DNA of 62,286 bases, filler included, from Circinaria calcarea (taxonomy: Eukaryota), in NCBI GenBank assembly GCA_051942165.1. It is 11 parts of 11 records of this genome, joined end to end, with 100 filler letters (N's around TTAATTAATTAA, not from the genome) between each part and the next. Parts side by side here need not be neighbours in the genome. Positions count along the whole stretch, not along the records: positions 34,079 to 39,644 come from JAVECS010001862.1; positions 39,745 to 45,309 come from JAVECS010001863.1; positions 45,410 to 50,970 come from JAVECS010001864.1; 8 more parts are not named here. One strand, given 5' to 3'. Position numbers and translations under genes: made by a program. The first letter of the stretch is position 1. Each line of letters opens with the position of its first letter. The notes under the pieces are model-generated. The model made no database searches and was not told the DNA's origin. It was given only the letters and a program-made list of their open reading frames with translations. Below are positions 36,318-49,528 of the stretch, in pieces.

Positions 36318-37475
36318 ATGCATTTCTCAAATGTCGTGGCTGGCCTCTTGGCTGTAGGTCTCAGCACCGCATCTCCCATTGAAAAACGCGTCTCTACCCC
36401 TGTGGTGGATGATGGCATCATTGCAAGTACCCACCCTACCGTTGGTTGGTATCATCATCTAATCGCTCCTACAGCTTAATTACGCCCTTACACTGGAATA
36501 CCTCGAACGCAAGTTCTACCAGGACGGCCTTGCCAACTACACCCGAGCCGACTTCGTTAAGGCCGGCTTCCCCGATCCATTCTATACCAACCTGAAGGAA
36601 ATCTACTATGATGAGCAAACTCACGTCTCTTTCCTGTCGGGAGCTCTCACAGCTGCCGGAATCACCCCTACCGTAGAGCTCCAGTACCGCTTCCCATCAA
36701 CGGACGCCAAATCCTTTGTCACTCTTTCGAGCGTGCTTGAGGGTGTTGGAGTTTCTGCCTACATTGGTGCGGCTGGCTCGATTGTGAACAAAGATTATTT
36801 AACTGCTGCCGGAACAATCTTGTCGGTCGAGGCTCGCCATTCTTCATACATTCGTTCCTCATTGGGACAGTCTCCATTCCCTAACCCCTTCGATACACCA
36901 CTTGGATTCGTAAGCACCCTTCAAATACGCATCTCATATACCGCTAACAACTTCACAGAACCAAGTCTTCAGCTTAGCAGCTTCGTTCATCATTGGCGGT
37001 AACAGTCCCGTCCAGCTCCCATTTATGGCTTTCCCAGCCCTAACGCTCCAATGCACCCAATATTACTATGAGTAAGTTTATCCACCCCCGTTACTATTTC
37101 GTTCATTGCCCACATCTTACTTTGGTGCCCTATTAACATACCTACCCACCTTTTAGATCTGACCGCTCCTCGGTAACATTCTCCAACGGCTTCACCAATG
37201 CCAAGAATTTCGACAACTCCATTACAGCCTCCACACCTATTTATGCTGTCTTCTTCTCCGGTCTCATGAAACTACCCGTCCAGGTTCGCATCACCGCTGG
37301 CTCCAAAGACTACAAGATTGACACCATCCCCGCTGGCGTCTCCGGACAAACCTACGTCCTTCTGTCGAAGAATTCCACTAACTTCTCGGATGAGAATATC
37401 ATTGCTGGACCCGCCATTCTGGAAGTTTATCCCAAGGGTATGATCCCAGCGGCGCGGCCTGCCAAGTGCAAGTGA
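36318..37475 (+). CDS. Secreted ferritin-like domain protein (Rds1 / desiccation-related family), 4 exons
   Basis: Signal peptide, [58 protein letters not shown]. Exons 36318-36422, 36475-36909, 36959-37070, 37157-37475; first intron GC-AG. Confidence 0.92.
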
Positions 37476-38093
37476 AGTGGGGAGGATTTACGTAGCGTAT
37501 ACAAGCATTGATTTCTTCGCTTGCGGATATGTTTGTTGTTAAGCAAATTGTATATATAGCTATACTTATCAGCTGGCGCGAACCCATCTAATTCATATCT
37601 ATACCCATTTCAATCAATCTATTCTCATCGCCATAATGTTCGTAAAATCTGTGTACTAACATGATTCCTGAAAATGTCGCGCAACATAGGTTTACTATCT
37701 GGTCACCTTGCAAAATGACCAAACCGGCAGTACTACCATATCCGCCGATTGGCTTTACTAGATTGGGCATGAGCTTTGGAATAGAGGATAAATACACAGC
37801 CGCTGGGTGCCGACACGAGACTTTGTCTAACCTTCAATACTATCTAACAGGCTGGCGTCTTTTTACCCTCGAGTGTTCCGCCCCGACCCTAAAGCCCATG
37901 TCTACAGGCTTTGGAGGCTTTCTATTCGGTATCATATCTCAAGGGTGGCAACCTCTACCGATCGCATGCATGTAGTCAACCCCGCTTTCTGCACTGTTGT
38001 TTCTTTTTCAGTAGGGGTGTACTGTTTAAAGGTGCCTGAGGACTCGAGAATTTACTTAGGAGCGGCGCCGTTGTCGTCCGCCGAGCTGTATTA

Positions 38094-39644
38094 ATGCCAC
38101 CCAAATCGCGCATGAAACGCAGCGCTGATAAACCAATATCAGTAAAGTCGAAGGCTACACCGCAAGATAGAATTACGGTTGAGGTTTGATTCCGTCAATT
38201 GCAATTCATTTGCGGCTCTTGTTAAAAACTACAGGTATCAAGAGAACCTTCACAAAGGGAGCGGACAAGTCAACGCCTTACAAGCACAGCTCTAATAGAT
38301 TCCGAGCGTCCCGGGAAGCCAGCGTCGCAATCCAGATCGAAACCTAGGTCCAAGGCCAAGTCCAAATACCCTGCAAGGTCACATGAACCCTCTCAGCAAG
38401 AGAAGGTCCTCACCTCTGTGCCGAGCAGGTACAACCTCAGAAGCGCAAAGCAAACTACAGTCATTCCGCAAACCCGTCCAAGTCCTCCTCCGCCCCGTGC
38501 AGCTAAGAAGACGAAACCCGTTTCGCAGACAGGAGCTAGCTCCAGATCGGCGTACCATCGGTTAAACCAGAGACTAGAGCAACGGACCCTTTCGTATGTC
38601 CCCAGTGCGCTTCAGATCTTGACTACGATGTAATAGTCCTAATGACTACGCTAAACATCGAAGTTGTATTCGAATTAGGTCCACTGGCTCAACCGCTTCT
38701 CAAGAGTTGCCTACAAGTAACACTTCGGAGGAAGAGGCTAGCCTAACTTCAGATAACTGGTACCGAAGGCACGGGTACTTACCTCCACGCGAAGCGATGC
38801 CTCCAAAGCATATGCCTCAGTTGCGGAATATATCGGAGGCGCCATCGGGTAGCCAAGTGTCGCAAGTAAGTAGGAAATCGAAAGACAAGCAGAAATTACG
38901 GATTGTATCTTCGAATCACATGGGTTTCTTGGAAGGCTTGAGAAACCGAAACGTCGATTTTGACGCTTCTAGGGACACCGATGGCAGCATCTCCGCGTTA
39001 GTTCTTGGCGAGTGCCCGAGTAGCACAACCGAGGAACAGGAGAAAAACTGGCAGATGGATATGGAAGAATGTCAGAGATCTGGCGAAGCTACGTTCCAGC
39101 GCACTATCATGATGGAAATTATTAATCGGCATAAGCTTGGGGACTATCTCAAGTATTCCTGTGAGTCCACTTGGACGTGCCAGCCAATGCCAAGGACGAT
39201 ATCTAAGGACTTTGATCGGATGACTATGCCAACACCAGATCTGGCTGTAAGTTTTAAGACCAGCGCACTGATCGATGCCCTCCGCTTGAATCGTCTCTCC
39301 CAGTGGATGAGCTTGATATGTCCCGAGTCATTGAAGGAGAACAAGGTTGATCGCGCTTTTCATTTCTTCTCCCTAGAAGCCAAAAACGCTCAAATGGCTT
39401 CGCAAAGCAACGTCGCTCTTCGCCAGAACTTCAACGTAGCCAGCCTAGCTCTACATAACATGTATATGGTAATGAGGAAAGCCAATATGGAAGATGTTTT
39501 CTTCAAGGATGTCAGATTCTTCTCGGCGACTGCTACTAGTTCGGGATTTCATGTTCGATCTCACAGAGCTACGAAGGTGGATCAGGAGGTCTGGATCGAG
39601 GAGGATTACCCACTCGGTTTTAAGTTTGAGGAGATCTTTACGAC
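38094..39644 (+). CDS. Hypothetical protein: disordered basic N-terminus plus PD-(D/E)xK-like domain, 3' truncated
   Basis: MPPKSRMKR start with two GT-AG introns leading in frame into ORF 38707; motifs EATFQRTIMM, PTPDLAVSF, FFSLEAK, ALRQNFNVASLALHNMY. Confidence 0.72.
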
Positions 39645-39744
39645 NNNNNNNNNNNNNNNNNNNNNNNNNNNNNNNNNNNNNNNNNNNNTTAATTAATTAA
39701 NNNNNNNNNNNNNNNNNNNNNNNNNNNNNNNNNNNNNNNNNNNN

Positions 39745-40194
39745 TCCCCAGCGAGTCTTTTGGACTTCATAGCTCCAAGCTAGAAAAGACCAGTTCGTCC
39801 ATGTCTCAGTCACCTTTTCACAGGCCGAAATCGCCATCTCCATACGATGACCCTCTGTTTCTTGAAAGGTTTCCAGCTTTTCGACACTCCTAGACCCCGG
39901 GATGCGATCTTGAATCCAACGCTGTAACCAGGGAGTCACTCGGGGCAAGTCGTCTATAGTAGCAGCTTTTCCGTCGTCCAGAATCCTCAACTTAGCTTTC
40001 TTCGCGCCAAGAAGTACCCGAAAGTCGGGATACTGGCTGTCAATAATGCCTTTTATCACAGACACTCGATTTCGATCGATCAGAGTTTTCAAGCTACGGC
40101 TTGTAGATCTTAGAACCATCAAAGATGAAGGCTCTGTCAGCTCCATGATCCTCATCTGGAGCTCCTCAGGGAGCATGGTGAAGTTGAACGCCAT
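39745..40194 (-). CDS. F-box-like protein, 3' truncated
   Basis: N-terminal FTMLPEELQMRIMELTEPSSLMVLRSTSRSLK fits the F-box pattern; probable 5'-UTR intron just upstream (GTAACG...GCTAAT...CAG). Confidence 0.7.
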
Positions 40195-43069
40195 TTGCTG
40201 TTACAAGATATGCATTAGCTAGAGTGCTAACATACTTAGGAAATCAACGTTACCTTGACGAGATGTGCTTGCTCCGATTGGGTGACAGTGAAGAAGATGC
40301 GTTGAAAGCTATCAAGGCGAGAGCTTATGACGCAGGCTTAGTACTGGCACTGTAAGGACTAATATACCCTTTCTTGCTCAAGCAGGGATCTTACAAGAAG
40401 TATGAGTCTCAGCTTGGTGCTTTGATCATGCAAGCCTGAGTGACTGTTTCGTTGGAGTTCAGTGCTGCGGGGGAGAATATTCGTAAAGCGGTGAAGAGTT
40501 GTTCAAGAAAGAAAACTCAGGTACGAGATCGACGATTTATAGGCTGTTAAGATGTGTCAATGACTACAAGCTAGAGAGTGTTACAGAGTTTTCATATATT
40601 ATAACTAAGGTGTGTTTAACATTCTCAGACGGGAACCCCCTTTATGTCAATGAGGCTTACCCATGGTACGACTCAACACTCGATACGCAAACTCCCTACG
40701 AACACGCAAAAAAAACACGGATCCGGAACTCGATCAAATTGAGAAGACAAAGGACGTGCAGTTGCGAATACGCAGCTTGCCCAGAAAGAACCACTCGCTC
40801 ATGGAGATTCCAATCCTATTCTTATCCCTGGCTCGCTCCCCTTGGCGGAGGAGCCTTGGTCTTCGTTCATGGGTCTTTTGGCCACTATTTTCCTTGGTTG
40901 AACGCATTTTCCTGGAACCCAATTTAACGAAGATTTCGAGCAGATCGTGGGCTCCAGCCCTCATGGAGATTGGCGGGACTTTTTCTATTCGTAGAACACC
41001 CATCTGGGCGTATGGATTCTCATCCTCGGTAAGGCTTCTTTCCAGATCTATCCAAGGGAATGACGGGCTCGATGTTTCTCCTAACACAGGTATCATAGCC
41101 TCTATTGCGGATGCGTGCCGCATTGTCTGCATTGTCTGCGCAGTATCGGGAAGAATAGCACTCATGCCAATAGTCGACATTGTCGGACAACTTTGACCAT
41201 GTGGACAAAAAAATTACGAACCAAGTTTTGAAGGATTTCCTGTGCTCAGAGTTAGCTTCGTTGAAAGCTGGCCGTCTTTGGTTAAGTTCGAACGTTCTTT
41301 AAATTTTGTCGAGCACGATGCTTTAATAGTCGGGTGAGTACTGGATACTGGTCAAGCTAATTATACTGATATATTGGCTTCGAACATTGACTCATATATA
41401 GAATATCTCGAGCCTGGATTTAGGTTGCGACTGCGAGTGTGAACCGGATGGTTAAGGACACCGAATTAGCCTAAGGAAAGGGCCACATGTTCAAAACCCA
41501 CGCACGAGCTTCTCTTATACCCATGGCTTTACTGTTTTCGGGGTGCCATATCCACACGTCACCAATTAGTTGCAGTGTCCGAGAACAACTTGTACCTTCC
41601 CTTTGAGCCTCTGTTGAGCAAGCATTCGGTTTCACGATTATAGGAGACTATGAGGATGTATTCAGCGGATGCCTTGTGACCTGTGGAGTCCTCGCACTTA
41701 GCCAATGTTGGTAGTCTGGGGAGCCAACCTTAGTAACACCTCCATTCATGTTTTGGTCCCTCGAGGTCTCGGGAACGGTAGCATCGCTACACAGAGACGA
41801 AGCCACCTAAATCGCAGAAATGACACTGGAAGCTTCAAATGTCAGCTTAGCTAGTGAATACCAATATTGAATTTATAAGATATTCATTTACCATTAATTC
41901 ACACAGATCCTACTAACTTTCTTTGGCTGTTGGAAATTACATTGCAAACAGTGGATAACGACTTCCTTGAAAGGTTCTACATGTTCTTATTAGCGACTCT
42001 AGGCCATGTTGCTTTATGGCTTCATTTCCAGAACGACTGTGTAACCGAAGAAATCTTACTCTATCCTGACATCTGACGACTTCTCTGACATGCCTTCTCA
42101 TGATACGTTGATTAATCAACCGGCCATTGGAGGGCTTCTCCAAATAGGTATCGCAACGAGTCAAGAAATTGTAGGGTAAGCTTTGAATCTTTTACGGCTC
42201 ATCTGCTCTATATCATCGCTCGTATACATGTCATGTGTTTTGTTTGCTCCAAGCCGCTAACCGAAGCAAACCAGACATCTGTGCATTTGAGTGGACACAA
42301 TCGGAGATGGCTCACAATCTAGCTCACGTGGACATGAAATTCGCCATGAGCCGTGAGGTGCGGCATCACGATCATAACTTGATTGTATTTTCAAATTCAG
42401 AGGAAATCAAGCGCGACACTTTCAGCATCAAGCTAAGCTTAAAAGGTCTTCGAGGTGTTTGGTGCAAATAACATAGAGTAAATCCCCAAAAAGGGGCTGG
42501 CTAAGCGGGGACTGTCACGCCGCAGGAAATACTTGTTGGGCCGGAAAGCGGATAAATAATCAACCGATCGCCAATCATTCAGACATGTCCTACTAGTAAC
42601 TGAATATGTAACTTGTGTAGCCAATTTAAGACTTATAAATCTCGATTTGCTTGGTCTTCTTCTTGCTCTGGCTTCCTGTCCAAAGAGGTTGACTCATATA
42701 GGCATTGAGGTAATCAATTGACGTCTTTCGGCATTGCGTTGTACCTATGACGATGGCATGAGCAAAAGGAGAAGCAAGCGATTTGCTAAAGTTCCCCTAC
42801 CTGCTGTTGTACACATGTGCCCAGCTTCAACCGATTTGGAAGGCTATTTAATGAAGATCAATAATTTTTCGTAGAAAGTCTTTCAGATTCTCGTTTCAGT
42901 CTTGCATCAAACCTTCTTCTCACGTTTGGTGCCTTCCAAGGACGACTTGGAATCATTACCTACGAAGGCATACCTAACCTCTACTTAGTTGACCTGAAAG
43001 CCTTTCAGGAGGTCGAAAGCCCATTGATCCGCCTAAAAGGTCTTGCTTCAATTGGGAGCTCAATCAAAG

Positions 43070-45309
43070 ATGGGGCATCTAGCAACCATCGCGACATGCC
43101 AGCTCAACCAGGTAAATCAACCATGTACAATTACTACCACCGCCTGTTAACGAACAGTGAAAGTGGGCCATGGACTTTGAGGGCAACACTCAGAGGATCA
43201 TAGAATCTATAGAGCAAGCCAAAGCTGGAGGAGCTACGTTACGCGTTGGCCCGGAGCTCGAAAGTTAGTGCCTCTATGAAAGAAGACCATCCACACATTC
43301 TTACTTACGAGACCCAGTCACCGGATATGGCTGTCTCGATCAGTAAGTACTTGGTCCTCTGTCCTCTTCCCTCGAAAACATACCTCTCCAAGCTGATAGC
43401 CGTAACACAGTTTCCTTGAGATGGACCTGTACCTCCATTCCTGGGAGATGTTGGCGAAGGTAGAGAATGGTGACTATATACACCGGCATAGATTGTGACT
43501 AATGGGGAGCTAGATCATCACCGATCCATCATGTCAAGACATCCTCCTTGATATTGGCACCCCTGTACTCCATAAGCAAATTCGCCTAAACTGCCGAATC
43601 CTGTGTTTCAATAAGCAAATCCTACTCATTAGACCTAAGATTTGGCTTGCAAATGGTAAAGGTCCTTGTGCGGTATCCTAACTGATGATAGCGGCGTGTT
43701 TAAGGTCACATAACCCAGCTTTTCCTCCACACCATTCCTATTTCATACCCACCATGACATCTGTTGCCATTGAAGCGGCTAACGCTCAAAACAGATGGGA
43801 ACTATAGAGAGATGCGTTACTTTACCCCCTGGCGGGAAAGGGTTGTTGAAGATTACTATCTTCCGGAAATCATTTCCGAAATTCAAGGACAGTTTAAGTG
43901 TAGGTGAAGAATCGATTCTTATGACCATCCCAAAGTCGTTAAGGATATTTAACGTAGGTCGTATTGGAGACGCTGTGATATCAACTCGGGATACCGCGTT
44001 AGCGTCCGAGACCTGTGAAGAGCTCTTCACTCCACATGGGCCTCACATCGGGCAATCATTGGATGGCGTTGAGATCTTTACAAGTACGCATAGACCCACT
44101 TTAGTACCAGATCCATTACCTAATCATATTGTGCAGACTCATCTGGCAGTCATCATAGCCTTCGCAAACTTCAGACCAGGCTTGAACTAATTCTCGGAGC
44201 AACTCAAAAATCAGGCGGAGTATACTGCTATGCGAATCAGTCCGGATGCGATGGGGATAGACTCTTGTATGATGGGTCAGTATGATTCTGATTTACTCCC
44301 TTTGTATGAAACATCTCGATTAAGATTGGTGCCGCTTTCAGGTGTGCTTTGATTGTAGTCAATGGCAAAATCAAAGCTCAGGGCACGCAGTTCTCTCTCG
44401 AGGATGTAGAAGTCTGCTGTGTAAGTAATGGTGAATGATGCATCTAGTAGGCTCAGACGCTTACAACACTTTCTCAGGCTACGGTCGATTTGGAGGAAGT
44501 ACGCTCCTTCCGGTGCGCTCCAAGTCGTGGTTTGCAAGCCGTTCAAAGTCCCAAGTATGAGGTATGCACCAGCCAGACGTTGCGAGTACATCTTGGGACA
44601 TTAAGACCTTTCACTCACCAAATGACAGCGTATTGAGGTCCCTTTCCGGTTGTCCAAGCGGAGCGCAGCTATTGATATCAGTATTAAACCATCCCCGACG
44701 CTTGAGCCACGGTATCACAAGCCGGAAGAAGAGATCGGACTGGGTGCAGGGGCTTATCTGTGGGATTATCTAAGACGGAGTAAACAGGCTGGGTTCTTCA
44801 TTCCCTTGTCAGGGGGAATTGACTCCTGCGCGACGTCCGTCATCGTCTTCAACATGTGCAGGATGGTCATAGAAGCCATTCAAGGTGGCAATACCCATGT
44901 TATTGCAGATGCCCGGCGGATCTGCGGCGAACCCGAAGCATCCGTATGGCTGCCTTCATCAGAACAGGAACTCTGCGGGCGGGTTTGTTTCCTCCAAGCC
45001 TGATGATCATCTACAAATGAGCTAATCTCTGCTTACTAGATCTTCCACACCTGCTTTATGGGCTCAGAAAATTCATCATCGGAAACAAGAGCACGCGCAA
45101 AAGCCCTTGCTGGAGATATAGGGGCATATCATACAGACCTCAACATTGATACGATCGTGAAGGCACTTACCAATCTCTTCACCGCGGTAACTAACTTTGT
45201 TCCCCGTTTCAAAGTTCACGGTGGTAGTCAGGCCGAGAACTTGGCTCTACAGAATATTCAAGCACGATTGAGGATGGTAATAGCATACCTGTTCGCTCAG
45301 CTGCTACCC
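43070..45309 (+). CDS. QNS1: Glutamine-dependent NAD+ synthetase, intron-rich, 3' truncated
   Basis: [22 protein letters not shown]...[36 protein letters not shown]...[27 protein letters not shown]. Confidence 0.96.
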
Positions 45310-45409
45310 NNNNNNNNNNNNNNNNNNNNNNNNNNNNNNNNNNNNNNNNNNNNTTAATTAATTAANNNNNNNNNNNNNNNNNNNNNNNNNNNNNNNNNNN
45401 NNNNNNNNN

Positions 45410-45700
45410 ATTTTATTTTTAATTTTATATAAAATAATATTTTAAATAAAATATTAAATTATATTCCGAAATCTCCGTTACCGTTTATACGCCGCCGCCG
45501 ATTGGGTAAATTATAAAGGAATAATGCACGGGATATAGGGGGTGGAATTATAATTGGCTCCGAGGCTGTTATTCAGCGAGTTCTGGACCGAATAGGGTTA
45601 TTATTATATGAAAGGAAAGCATATATATAGTGCAAGCCGTAGGCCGTATACTATTACTGCCAGCGTGGGCGTTAGCATTTTCAAAGGGGGGCATTATTAT
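45410..45700. mobile_element. AT-rich probable RIP-degraded repeat at contig start
   Basis: Very AT/TpA-rich, no credible ORF; family unknown. Confidence 0.4.
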
Positions 45701-46257
45701 GGGGTCAGCCCTGGGCCACCCCCTGACGGGCGCACGTCGGCCCGCGCAGCTCTCCTGGTTATATATTTAACACAATGCAGCCGTTCTGGCTACACACACA
45801 TCAATCTTATACTAAATACATATATTATGCACTGAGAGCACGCCTTTCACTACGTGACAATCACACTATAGAGCGGGCCTGCTTAGCCTTTCTTGCCTGC
45901 ATACTTTATTAAAACCTTCGAGATCTTTACCTATCTATATATATTTTATGCATAATATCGGAATATTAGGCGTGTTTCCTCAACACCTACAGCGCATTTA
46001 AAATCATTACTTGGAAGTTATGCGTGGGTTTGATAAATCGGGTGTTTGTTTTAGACTTCATGTTTGCGATCCGCTGCGACACCTATGTAGTTTTGTCCTA
46101 CGTGTGGCTACGTTTCAGTTCGCCTTCTGCCATTTCCCCTACAAGATCTTTTCTTCGCCATATCTTGTATTTCCAGCTCTTTCCACTTGTCTCCAATGAA
46201 CATTGAAAGCATTCCTACCGACCAACGAGAGCATACCTACACCGAAAACCGCCCACA

Positions 46258-47604
46258 ATGGCTGTATCCTTAACCAACCCTCTCCCTCAATCCCTTGTTC
46301 CGCCGAACTTCCACGTCTGCTCCCTTGCTTATGGACACCCAATTCCCCTCAGCCACTGCTTGAACGCCCTTCGCCTGCTACCCACCGGCTCCGTTGCTGT
46401 CCCTTACAGTACACTGCTACCCCAGACACAGGAAAGATTCGCTCTTCCATTCACAGCCATCCGGAGCCTCTGCCAAATCACCATTGAAATAGGCGGACGG
46501 GACGTGCCACCGGTGGTGAACCTAGTACCGGATAAAATTGAGGAATTGGCCTCATTCGTATTGGCACAGTGTGTTCGAGAACAGGAGACGGGAGGGTTTG
46601 CGACGATGGGATTAGGGTTATTGGTCGATTATGTTATGAATGGACGGGAAGAGGAGGGTGGAGGAGGGATAGACAGGTCGCCTTATTCAACTACACTGCG
46701 TAAGTGGTCCCTCACGGCCGAAAAGGTTATGCGCTCTCACTCTGAAGCATCGTTGAAACTTACCCTGTACAATGTAAATTAGCATATTTTATCACTGTCA
46801 CGGTCAACAATCCCACTGTGAAGGTCCCCGCACCGGGCAACAACGACCCGGAAGTCCCCCTCCTCCTCTCCCGAAAGCTGTCGGATGCCGCGAAAACTGC
46901 TGCGAAAGGCAGCCAGCTCCCGGTAGGAGCCCTGGCTGATGCTGCATTCTGGCAGACGGCCGGGGAAAGTATCCATAGGGGAGGTTCGACTCCATGGTGG
47001 CAATACCGTTCCGCTCCCAGTAACATGTCGTATGAATGTGATGCCGCACTGGGGAAACCACGGGCGGTGGATTGCGCGCATATACTGTGGAATATGCTGG
47101 GGCCGAAATCGGTGACTCCGCCTTCTGATTTTGTGAAGATTGGACCGGGGAATACGTTGTTTTTGTCTTACCGTGAGTAATCGATGAGTTAATATAATTT
47201 CACCAGCGCTTAACCAAGCCACCGCCACCTTTCCGGTATCCGCTAACCGTCCTCTTGGTTTAACAGAATCCTGTGTGGTAGCCGTCGCCTCCGCCGTCCA
47301 AATAGCCATGACCTGGCACGGGATCAGAGACGTCTTAGATTACCTACACGATCTGTGTCTCATGGTAGGAATGGTGCTCCCTGTAGTAGGCGGTCGAGCG
47401 TTTATCCACAGTGGTCCCGCGGTGTCAGGGGCACTGGGAAAAAGGGATGTGCATGCCCGTCGTTCGGCATTGAATACGCTACCGCCGCATGTGAACATCA
47501 CGATATATGAGCAGCAAGAGGCGTTTGTGAACCCGAGAGTGGAGGAGAAGTCGTGTACGTGGAGGGCGGTGCAGGAGAGGAAACCAATTTCAGGTTGCAA
47601 GTAG
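46258..47604 (+). CDS. Uncharacterised protein with two copies of a 4-Cys module, 3 exons
   Basis: Exons 46258-46699, 46783-47172 and 47267-47604 join in frame via GT-AG; both halves show C..G..C..C(V/I)..C..GG spacing. Confidence 0.75.
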
Positions 47605-47935
47605 GTAGTGTGTACGGTTACTGCATTAGCGGATGTTTGACCGGGAAGGTGTTGTTTCTGTAATGTTAGGACAGAGCAGATAGAAAATAGTCAATCGCTC
47701 TCGAGTGGCGATGGCGGCGCAAATGGGAATCCAAATGCCTCCGTACAAAGCTAAAGTCTGAAAGGAGCTCATCCCCCAACTCTAGCCGAGTAAGCATATA
47801 CATCCTTGTCGAAAATAACCTACTGTGGTACCACTAAACCAAGACTGTGAGCATATAAAAGACCTGTGCAAATCCTCGACGTATAGGACATGGAAATTAG
47901 ATGACTCTTGGACTGTGTGGACACTTATTTCACCA

Positions 47936-48802
47936 ATGCTGGATGATTTAATCGACGAGATCGCAGCGATCAATGTCATTTATGGTCAAGGGACTCTGAA
48001 GCAAACTGATGGCATAGAAACTGCTACCCTCTCAATACCCTCTCACCCGGTTACATTGCGGCTAAGTTTTCCAGACAGCTATCCCGATACCTCCTCACCA
48101 GAACTCCTCGGCGTTGATTCCTCTGGGGTCAACGTGCCGAAGGGGTATGGTTCCCATGTACTACAGTTAGCGAGGATAGCCCTGGGCACGGTATGGAAGG
48201 CAGGGGAAGTATGTTTATTTGACCTCATTCAAGAGCTTGATAGGGTTCTCGAGAACGAGGAGGAAGCAGAAGCACTCGCTCCTGATACAGATGATGCCGG
48301 TCCCCGGCAAGACGCAGTCTCAATGAAGAATGAATCATCTCCATCTGATACCCAAGATTTGCAGTTGGAATGGGCGATGTCGACTTCGGTCACGGAGAAG
48401 AAGTCCCTCTTTATTGCCCATGCCTGCCCGCTCGCCTCTCCAACCCAATTCCAGCCAATCCTCACAAGCCTCCTTTCCAGTGACAAAAAAGTCGCCCGTG
48501 CGACTCACAACATCACTGCCTACCGAATCCGCATTCCCCCCAGTCCTTCGAACCCCCGAGAGAATATCTACCAAGACTGCAACGATGACGGAGAGACCGC
48601 GGCCGGAGGAAGACTACTGCACCTGATGCACACCATGGATGTTTGGAATGTCCTCGTCGTTGTGAGTCGGTGGTATGGAGGGGTCAAGCTCGGACCGGAT
48701 CGGTTCAGAATCATCAATGGAGTGGCGAGGGAAGCTTTGGTGATGGGCGGCTGGGCTGGGCGAGGTAAAGAGAAGGAGAGTGGTGGAAAGAAAAGAAAGT
48801 GA
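47936..48802 (+). CDS. YIH1: IMPACT family protein (RWD + UPF0029), Gcn2 pathway regulator
   Basis: DEIAAINVIYG...FPDSYP (RWD); EKKSLFIAH, ATHNITAYR, DDGETAAGGRLLHL, VVVSRWYGGVKLGPDRFRII. Confidence 0.94.
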   Translation: MLDDLIDEIAAINVIYGQGTLKQTDGIETATLSIPSHPVTLRLSFPDSYPDTSSPELLGVDSSGVNVPKGYGSHVLQLARIALGTVWKAGEVCLFDLIQELDRVLENEEEAEALAPDTDDAGPRQDAVSMKNESSPSDTQDLQLEWAMSTSVTEKKSLFIAHACPLASPTQFQPILTSLLSSDKKVARATHNITAYRIRIPPSPSNPRENIYQDCNDDGETAAGGRLLHLMHTMDVWNVLVVVSRWYGGVKLGPDRFRIINGVAREALVMGGWAGRGKEKESGGKKRK

Positions 48803-49528
48803 ATTCTGAATGGCTGGGATGGGGAATGTCTATATAGCACGGGAGTCAACACTGCCAGCATTACGCTTGTATCATGTTGGCCAGCATGGAAGGAGGCAAA
48901 GCTCAAATTTTACGTGCCACCATTCAGGAACCGGGCTCTCCTACTGCTATCGTTACTACAGTTTAAGGAGGATGATCTTTCAGATAAACCGTGGCATGTG
49001 AGATTGACCATAGATACGCTAGGAACGAGGAAATAGACGCGAAGCAATGGCGGGAAGCCAGATGACAGCGTCGGAAAGAGCATGTGGGGCTAGAGTTACA
49101 ATGGCAATCCGAATTCGAGGGATCTCTACGGGATGAGGCGCTGGAGCTGACTGATATGCCTCGAGAAGATACCCAAGATGGTCTACATTATCGGCGGTCG
49201 TGGCCAAGACTTTGCTTCGGAGGACATGGCTTTCGTCAAGTACTAAGGAAGGTCCGAGAGAGCAAAGGTTTCTGGTGGCATAACGTGGACGAGTGAGGGA
49301 AGTAAAAAATGAGGCCAAGACTTATGAAACATGTTCGGGGGAATCCGTGCTCAGCTTTGTCGTGTGCTGCGGTGGGCGAATCTTAGACTGGGCCGAGACA
49401 TGTATCGAGGAGATGATATAAAACATCCGCCATGTTCCTAAAGCAGAATCAAGTTCAAAGTTCCGATCCGTGTCATGTACAAACCACACGGCCTTTGACT
49501 TTCTTCCGCCGTCCATGCTGAATATATC

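Noticed and set aside
40499..41208. Overlapping 140-180 aa ORFs on both strands
   Set aside because: No recognisable motif or splice structure; I cannot tell which frame, if any, is coding.
43655..43794. Possible intronic C/D snoRNA in a longer QNS1 intron
   Set aside because: A TGATGA C-box-like motif is present but there is no CTGA D box or terminal stem.
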